Shown: positions 57,897 through 64,000 of the stretch, one piece after another
How the letters are laid out: every line of letters starts with the position of its first letter
Position numbering within the stretch: the first letter of the stretch is position 1
Assembly: GCA_017651565.1 (NCBI GenBank)
Contig: JAGCCQ010000015.1
Location: forward strand, 2,034 to 66,033
DNA length: 64,000 nucleotides
Source of the DNA: Bacilli bacterium
GTDB taxonomy: Bacteria; Bacillota_I; Bacilli_A; RFN20; CAG-826
Direction of reading: 5' to 3'
Program-made: the position numbers and the translations under genes
The notes under the pieces: model-generated
The model's database searches: none
Told to the model about the DNA's origin: nothing
The model's input: only the letters and a program-made list of their open reading frames with translations

Positions 57897-59267
57897 TTAG
57901 TCTTTAGAAACTAGGAATGCTTTATAACCAAGATATGCTTCATAAAGATCAACTTTAGAAATGATTTCCATTGGAGCATGCATATTAAGAACAGCGATAC
58001 CAGCATCAATAACATTCATGTTGTAGTTGCCTAAGATATAAGCAATTGTTCCGCCACCGCCTTGGTCAACTTTACCTAATTCTGAACTTTGCCAGTTAAT
58101 ATTTGCTTCATCTAATGTTCTTCTAACGAATGCATAGTATTCTGGGTTTGCATCATTACTACCTGATTTACCTCTAGAACCTGTATATTTGTTGAAGTTC
58201 AAGCCATTTCCTAAGTAAGCAACGTTTTTAGGATCACCTACACTAGCGTAAAGTGGGTCGTAACCAGCAGCAACGTCACTAGATAACATCTTGGAATTTT
58301 CCATTGCCATTCTAGCAAGCCATACTGGATGTCCAACACCCATTAAACCACCTAATTTAGCAATTGTATTTTCAAAGAATAATGATTGAGCACCTGTTGC
58401 ACCAACAGAGCCAATTTCTTCTTTATCAACTAAGATACAGCAAGCTGTATATTCAGCTTTATCCATATCTGCTAAAGCCATTAAAGATGTATATGCACAG
58501 CATCTATCATCATGACCATAACCAGCAACCATGCTTCTATCTAAGCCATAATCTCTTGCTGGGCCAGCAGGAACTACTTCGATTTCAGCTGAGATGAAGT
58601 CTTCTTCTTCAACATCATATTTTTCTTTTAAGAGTTTTAAGACGTTTGCTTTAACAGCTTCTTTTTCTTTATCATCAACAGGAATTGAACCTAAAGTGAC
58701 ATCTAAGTTTTCACCTGTAATAGCTTTTGCTAAAGGTAAAGCCATTTGATCTGCTGATAAGTGAATTAATAAATCAGAAATACCGACAACTGGGTCTTTT
58801 GGATCTTCGCCAATATTAACCTCTACTTTAGTTCCATCTTTTTTACAAATAACGCCATGTAAAGCAAGTGGAATAGTAACCCATTGATATTTCTTAACAC
58901 CGCCATAATAATGAGTGTCTGCATAAGCAAAACCTTTATTTTCATAGAGTGGGTGTTCTTTAAAATCTAATCTAGGCGAATCGATGTGAGCACCTAAGAT
59001 TCTTAAACCATCTTCAAGTGGTTTTTTGCCAACAACAAAAGCGCAAATATTCTTATTTTTATTAATAAAGTATACTTTGTCGCCTTCTTTTACGGACTTA
59101 ACACTATCAGCGTTTTTAAATCCTTTTGCGTCTAAAATCTTAACAGCTTCTCTAACTGCTAATCTTTCAGTTTTTGCAGTAGTAATAAAGTCTTTATATC
59201 CTTCTGCAAAATCCATAATAACTTTGGTATCACTACCATATTTTAACCAAGCATTTTTTCCGTACAT
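57897..59267 (-). CDS. M18-family aminopeptidase
   Basis: GAHIDSPRL (M18 GAHTDSP) motif; 456 aa. Confidence 0.75.
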   Translation of the reverse strand: MYGKNAWLKYGSDTKVIMDFAEGYKDFITTAKTERLAVREAVKILDAKGFKNADSVKSVKEGDKVYFINKNKNICAFVVGKKPLEDGLRILGAHIDSPRLDFKEHPLYENKGFAYADTHYYGGVKKYQWVTIPLALHGVICKKDGTKVEVNIGEDPKDPVVGISDLLIHLSADQMALPLAKAITGENLDVTLGSIPVDDKEKEAVKANVLKLLKEKYDVEEEDFISAEIEVVPAGPARDYGLDRSMVAGYGHDDRCCAYTSLMALADMDKAEYTACCILVDKEEIGSVGATGAQSLFFENTIAKLGGLMGVGHPVWLARMAMENSKMLSSDVAAGYDPLYASVGDPKNVAYLGNGLNFNKYTGSRGKSGSNDANPEYYAFVRRTLDEANINWQSSELGKVDQGGGGTIAYILGNYNMNVIDAGIAVLNMHAPMEIISKVDLYEAYLGYKAFLVSKD

Positions 59268-59289
59268 AGAAATGCCTCCTTATTTTAAC

Positions 59290-59835
59290 CTACTTTGAAT
59301 TTATATAAGAGAATGCTTTATCAATAACATCCTCTTCTAATAATGAAGTAGTATCAATCTTTAAGCAATCAATACGCTCAAGTTGATTTCTTAAATCATT
59401 AATATATTCTACAAATTTGTTGTAATCTTTATCTAATCCAATCGATAAATGAGCCCTATGTCTAGTTGGAACTCTAGAGAGGAATCTTTCATATAAAACT
59501 TTAGGATCACCAGTTAAATATATAATAAAAAGTTCTCCATTATATTGTTTTACAATATCTTGGATACGTAAAATTTCCTCTAACCTAAAATTGGCTTCGA
59601 GTATTACCTCTCCGCCAATTTTTAAAGTCTGTTCTAAAAAATGTATCATTGAATTTACAGCAGCAACTGAAATTCTTTTATTTTCTTCTCTAGTTGAGAA
59701 ACCAACAGAATCACAAATAATTTCTTTAACACAGTCTTTCTTAATACAAGTAAAGTTTAGTGTTTTTGATAAATTATCCGCTAACGTACTTTTACCAGCA
59801 GCTAAATCACCAGTAATAAGTACTACCTTTTTCAT
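59290..59835 (-). CDS. P-loop kinase (AAA_33/zeta-like fold), function unknown
   Basis: Walker A GDLAAGKST at the N-terminus; 181 aa. Confidence 0.5.
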   Translation of the reverse strand: MKKVVLITGDLAAGKSTLADNLSKTLNFTCIKKDCVKEIICDSVGFSTREENKRISVAAVNSMIHFLEQTLKIGGEVILEANFRLEEILRIQDIVKQYNGELFIIYLTGDPKVLYERFLSRVPTRHRAHLSIGLDKDYNKFVEYINDLRNQLERIDCLKIDTTSLLEEDVIDKAFSYINSK

Positions 59836-59838
59836 TTA

Positions 59839-60297
59839 TTATTCCTTAATAAATGCTGCCCAAATGTTCATACCGCCAGCAAGGATTGCTAATGAAGCAG
59901 CTGCAATTGTTGTTCCATATAAGTGATACATATTAAATGAGATTGCATCTTCGATAACAGGAACAAGAACTCTTAACATAATAACAAGAATACCAGCAAG
60001 AATTAAAACTCCACCAGTAACGAAAGATAGTTTCTTTTCGTTATCTGTAAATACACCAATGATTGGAATTAAAACACCAAATACACCAGCTAAAAGAATT
60101 AATACTTGTGCTACAAATCCATATACATGTGGTTGCATGATATCATTTGCACCAAAGAAAACTTCTGCGAATTTTAAATGGCTTCCGTTGAAATCTGTAT
60201 AAAGGATTGTTCCAAATAACATGATGAAGGCAACAAGCGAGAATACACCAGCGATATATCTAACTAAAGCGCTAGTTGTGTCGTATCTTTTGTTCAT
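59839..60297 (-). CDS. hypothetical small membrane protein (4 TM)
   Basis: Hydrophobic profile only. Confidence 0.4.
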   Translation of the reverse strand: MNKRYDTTSALVRYIAGVFSLVAFIMLFGTILYTDFNGSHLKFAEVFFGANDIMQPHVYGFVAQVLILLAGVFGVLIPIIGVFTDNEKKLSFVTGGVLILAGILVIMLRVLVPVIEDAISFNMYHLYGTTIAAASLAILAGGMNIWAAFIKE

Positions 60298-60595
60298 AAT
60301 ATAAATCTCCGTTCTATAAAATTATAAGAAATATTCGCACTATTACAATAAATAATTTATTATTTTGTAATTTCCCTTAAAAATTACGATAATGCTTCAC
60401 GAAAAAGTGCAATAAAATTGTAAATGTGTTTTAAATAATTTTCAATTATTAAATATTTTATCTTTTCAATGGAAATACTAATTTTATAGAAAATGTGTTA
60501 ATTTATAACCTTTTTTTCATACTAAAATAAATCTAAAACTATATAAGAAAAATTGAAAGTCATTGTTTATTTGTAGTATAAATCGAATAGAAGAA

Positions 60596-60630
60596 AAACA
60601 GCACCATTTCTGATGTGCTGTTTTCTATTA
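60596..60630 (-). terminator. rho-independent terminator after mgtC
   Basis: Minus strand reads acagcacatcagaaatggtgctgt followed by ttttc. Confidence 0.5.
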
Positions 60631-61413
60631 ATAACCTTTATGTAAGTTTGGTGTTTCTATATTAAGAACATATCCTGTAGCGAATAATTCTTTTTTAAAT
60701 AAATCAGTATCAATTGGTAAATTATCTTTATTAATAAGTTTGAAGGAAATATCTAAGACTTCTTCGCCATTTTTACTAATAAGATCATTTCTAACAAATT
60801 CAACATCACAGTTAATTCTAGAAGCAAAGACTAAAACATCTTTCATAATGGAAGCATCACTCTTGCAAGAAACAATAACAAATGCACTGCTTCTTGTGAT
60901 TCTAATTTCAAATCTTCTAAAGAAGATTAAAACAAATAAAACGACAAGCATTGCCGCGATAGCAAGTAAGAAATTCATAGATCCACAAGCCATACCGATA
61001 GCCATTGCAAGCCAAATAGTTGAAGCAGTAGTTAAACCTTTAACACCACCATTATTATGAATAATAGTCCCAGCGCCTAAAAAGCCAACACCAGTGACAA
61101 TACCGGCAGCTAATCTAGCTACATCTCTGCCAGCAGCAAATTGAGGGAATCCATAAATAGAAATAATCATAATAATGCATGAACCAACACCAACAATAAT
61201 GTGTGTTCTAAGTCCTGCAGTTCTACCTTTTTTCTCTCTTTCGTATCCAATAATACCAGTTAAAGCGACCGTAAGAATAAGAGCGATAACACAGAGGATT
61301 AAATTGCCCCATGCCCAATCTCCTCCTAATCCGAAATTGCTGTTAAACCAATCTGCTATATTTTGATCTATTGTGGTTACTGAAAAAGTATGTAAATTCA
61401 TTTTAAACTCCAA
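60628..61413 (-). CDS. mgtC: MgtC/SapB family membrane protein
   Basis: N-terminal MgtC TM domain (IIGYEREKKGRTAGLRTH) plus a C-terminal ACT-like domain. Confidence 0.8.
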   Translation of the reverse strand: MEFKMNLHTFSVTTIDQNIADWFNSNFGLGGDWAWGNLILCVIALILTVALTGIIGYEREKKGRTAGLRTHIIVGVGSCIIMIISIYGFPQFAAGRDVARLAAGIVTGVGFLGAGTIIHNNGGVKGLTTASTIWLAMAIGMACGSMNFLLAIAAMLVVLFVLIFFRRFEIRITRSSAFVIVSCKSDASIMKDVLVFASRINCDVEFVRNDLISKNGEEVLDISFKLINKDNLPIDTDLFKKELFATGYVLNIETPNLHKGY

Positions 61414-61504
61414 AAATTGTGTTTATATTGTGTCTTAAAAGACAATTTTATGCAATAAAATATTAAATTATCAAAATTTTAATAAAATATATAAACGCAT
61501 TTTT

Positions 61505-61550
61505 GGGCATAAAAAAATGATTCAAGTAGGTTAAACATGAATCATTGTTT
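61505..61550 (-). terminator. rho-independent terminator after pfp
   Basis: Minus strand reads caatgattcatgtttaacctacttgaatcatt followed by tttttat. Confidence 0.5.
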
Positions 61551-61558
61551 TTTATTTA

Positions 61559-63220
61559 TTATTCGCCTTTTTCTAAAGCAAGTGTTCTAGTTGTTAAATC
61601 ACAAACTTCTGCAGGTCCGTAGTATTGGATAGCACCTGGGAATGTGAAGCAAGTTTCAACTGCCCATTCAGCTCTATGTGCTTCAAAGTATTTGAATGGA
61701 GCACCATCGAGTTCAACAAGAGCTTTTCTAATAACTGGCTTATCTTCACCATGTCTTCTTTCGATGTTCATCATCTTAGTGATTGGCATACCACCAGCAA
61801 CCCATTGGTCAGCAGGTTTACTTAAGTTAGAAACTTTTGATAAGTAACCATTGAAACCATATCGAATTAACATGAATGCGTTATAACCAAGTGAATAACA
61901 ATAGTCAGCATCAAAGTTTGATGGGAATGCACATCTTCCTTCATAACCGAAGAAATGGTGTTGTGTTCCGAATTTACCATTGAATTCGCCTTTAGCTTTT
62001 CTTTCTTTTAAGACGTTACCAACTAATTCAGCAAATAACTTTTCAGATTCAATTAATGAAACTTGAACGTTACCGTGTGGATCTCTTTCTAAGAATAATT
62101 GTTGTTGAATGCTTTCTGGGAGTAATGCAAATACTGCCATAGATTCTTTTGTTAAACCTTTTTCAATGAAAGCATATTTGTCAGCCCAAGTAGTTAATGC
62201 ATTGAATTCATCTGCTTTAGCACCTGCTAATAATTCGTTGATTTCAGCAATTAATTTACCGAATTCTGGAACGAATTCAACAATACCTTCTGGGATGATT
62301 GCAACACCGAAGTTCATTCCTTTGTTGCTTCTAGCAACAACTGAATCAGCGATTTGGTTTGCAATTTGTGATAATGACATTTTCTTAGCAGCGACTTCTT
62401 CACCGATCAAGCAAATGTTTGGTTGTGTTTCAAGAGCACATTCAAGTGCGACGTGAGAAGCACTACGACCCATAACTTTGATGAAGTGCCAATATTTTTT
62501 AGCGGAATTTGCATCTCTTTCGATGTTGCCAATTAATTCACTATAAGTTTTTGTTGCAGTATCGAAACCGAACGAACATTCGATATCGTCGTTCTTTAAG
62601 TCACCATCAATTGTCTTAGGGCAACCAATAACTTGAACGCCTGTGTTATGAGCAGCAAAATATTCTGCTAAAACTGCTGCGTTTGTATTTGAATCATCAC
62701 CACCAATAATAACGATAGCTGTGATTCCGTGTTTCTTACAAACTTCAGAAGCAACTTTGAATTGTTCTTCAGTTTCTAATTTTGTTCTACCAGAACCAAT
62801 GATGTCGAAACCACCAGTGTTTCTGAATTGATCAATGTATTCATCGTCAAAGACGATATATTTATCATCTGTTAATCCACTAGGACCACCTTTAAAACCA
62901 ATTAAGACGTTGTCTTTATTAGTTGCTTTGAGTGCGTCATATAAACCAGAGACAACGTTATGTCCGCCAGGTGCTTGACCACCAGAGAGGATAACGCCAA
63001 CTACTTGTTTTTTAGCAACAGAAGTATTTGTTCCTTTTACGAATGTAATTTCTTTTTTACCATATGTGTTTGGGAATAAAGCAGCAATCTTATCTTGGTC
63101 TGCGACTGATTGAGTTGCTTCTCCTTCTTTAACACAGATACTTGAAATGCCGTTTCTTAACATTCCAGGTAACTTTGGTTGATATTCATATCTTGCTTTT
63201 TGTAATGGTGATAATTTCAT
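61559..63220 (-). CDS. pfp: pyrophosphate-dependent 6-phosphofructokinase (long PPi-PFK type)
   Basis: 553 aa; GGDDS/GGDGS motifs; PFK fold with a long-type extension. Confidence 0.8.
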   Translation of the reverse strand: MKLSPLQKARYEYQPKLPGMLRNGISSICVKEGEATQSVADQDKIAALFPNTYGKKEITFVKGTNTSVAKKQVVGVILSGGQAPGGHNVVSGLYDALKATNKDNVLIGFKGGPSGLTDDKYIVFDDEYIDQFRNTGGFDIIGSGRTKLETEEQFKVASEVCKKHGITAIVIIGGDDSNTNAAVLAEYFAAHNTGVQVIGCPKTIDGDLKNDDIECSFGFDTATKTYSELIGNIERDANSAKKYWHFIKVMGRSASHVALECALETQPNICLIGEEVAAKKMSLSQIANQIADSVVARSNKGMNFGVAIIPEGIVEFVPEFGKLIAEINELLAGAKADEFNALTTWADKYAFIEKGLTKESMAVFALLPESIQQQLFLERDPHGNVQVSLIESEKLFAELVGNVLKERKAKGEFNGKFGTQHHFFGYEGRCAFPSNFDADYCYSLGYNAFMLIRYGFNGYLSKVSNLSKPADQWVAGGMPITKMMNIERRHGEDKPVIRKALVELDGAPFKYFEAHRAEWAVETCFTFPGAIQYYGPAEVCDLTTRTLALEKGE

Positions 63221-63273
63221 ATTTTTTCTCCTTACCGCGAACTATTATATCACTAAAATTAAAAAACACCATT

Positions 63274-64000
63274 CTATAATAGAATGATGTTGTGTTTTTT
63301 GAATTCTTCGATGTCTTCTTTATTCCAGAAAGAAGATTGGACTTCTCCAATATGTGCTTTATTAAGCATATACATGCATAATCTTGATTGACCGATACCA
63401 CCACCAATTGTTAAAGGAAGTTCATCTTTTAAGATTGATTGATGATATGGCATATCTAATTTAAATAATTCATCTTTCTCAGTTAATTGAGACATTAATG
63501 ATTCTTTGTTAACTCTAATTCCCATACTAGAGATTTCAAAAGCCATGTCTAATAAAGGATAGTAAAGTAATAAATCACCATTGAGAGCCCAGTCATCATA
63601 GTCTGCTGCACGGTCATCATGAATTAATCCATTTGATAATTTATTACCAATATTCATTAAGAAAACTGCTTTACGTTCTTTGCATATTGCGTTTTCTCTT
63701 TCTTTTGAAGTCATGTTTGGATATTTCTTAAGAAGTTCTTCTGCACCAATGAAATAAACTTCTTTAGGTAATTCGTTTTTAAAGCCGTATTCTTTACAAA
63801 CTAAATTATATGTTTCTAAGAAAGACGCATAGATTTTTTCAACAACACTCTTTAAGAAGTCGAAGTTACGCTCTTCAGCTTTAATTACTTTTTCCCAGTC
63901 CCATTGATCAACATACAAAGAATGAAGATTATCTGTTACTTCGTTAGGGCGAATAGCGTTCATATCTGTATAAAGACCACTTAATGAGTATTTTTTAAGA
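63274..64000 (-). CDS. asnA: aspartate--ammonia ligase (asparagine synthetase A), 5' end beyond window
   Basis: Class II aaRS-like AsnA C-terminal half. The frame stays open upstream of the annotated Met to the window edge. A terminator hairpin follows the stop at about 63240..63290. Confidence 0.75.
   Translation of the reverse strand, partial: LKKYSLSGLYTDMNAIRPNEVTDNLHSLYVDQWDWEKVIKAEERNFDFLKSVVEKIYASFLETYNLVCKEYGFKNELPKEVYFIGAEELLKKYPNMTSKERENAICKERKAVFLMNIGNKLSNGLIHDDRAADYDDWALNGDLLLYYPLLDMAFEISSMGIRVNKESLMSQLTEKDELFKLDMPYHQSILKDELPLTIGGGIGQSRLCMYMLNKAHIGEVQSSFWNKEDIEEFKKHNIILL

Noticed and set aside
61414-61558. Possible Mg2+ riboswitch (M-box) upstream of mgtC
   Set aside because: The gap is only about 145 nt and is largely occupied by the pfp terminator hairpin; no M-box-like conserved helices were recognisable.
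1-64000. Alternative genetic code (TGA=Trp, Mollicutes code 4)
   Set aside because: Long uninterrupted ORFs are obtained with the standard code and genes end in TAA/TAG/TGA normally. The single in-frame TAA in the DUF2974 gene is isolated and therefore not a code reassignment.

Overview
This is an AT-rich, low-GC Gram-positive (Firmicutes/Mollicutes-like) chromosomal segment using the standard genetic code. The strand bias is strong: only three protein genes sit on the + strand. Elongated PotA/PotD, a PPi-dependent PFK and the tRNA sequences suggest an Erysipelotrichia/Mollicutes-related lineage, but that is inference. Contents from start to end:

- 1..17.5 kb: one large minus-strand surface-polysaccharide (O-antigen/capsule-like) operon. 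It includes rfbB/rfbA/fdtA/fdtB-like dTDP-3-amino-sugar genes, six glycosyltransferases, two Wzy/ligase-like membrane proteins, a PglC-like phosphotransferase, a PglE-like aminotransferase, Wzz, an embedded NusG-paralog (LoaP/UpxY-like) and a CapD/PglF-like dehydratase.
- Next, znuA(His-rich)-znuC-znuB plus two small membrane/lipoprotein genes, a giant CotH-domain lipoprotein with eight Listeria-Bacteroides repeats, and a Fur-family (Zur-like) regulator.
- Then a tRNA-Met/Ile2(CAT)-tRNA-Ala pair, a Big_2/M6-like metalloprotease lipoprotein, and a DUF2974 hydrolase gene broken by one in-frame TAA.
- A small zinc-ribbon ORF with an A7 tract, an SPFH protein with C-terminal zinc ribbons plus a double-zinc-ribbon membrane protein, and tRNA-Pro/Arg/Cys.
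- A Mollicutes-style potABCD operon, then add, fba and surE.
- A two-gene Fic + EF-G-paralog operon in which the EF-G paralog lacks the catalytic His.
- GNAT, LMW-PTP, and an ECF sigma factor whose anti-sigma partner carries an extracytoplasmic serpin domain.
- A LytS/LytTR two-component system, a protein with a ribosomal uL15 C-terminal domain, tRNA-His, an M18 aminopeptidase, mgtC, PPi-PFK and asnA (partial).

No CRISPR array, IS element or prophage was seen. The findings I consider most novel are the ECF-sigma/anti-sigma-serpin pair and the Fic + catalytically degenerate EF-G paralog operon.
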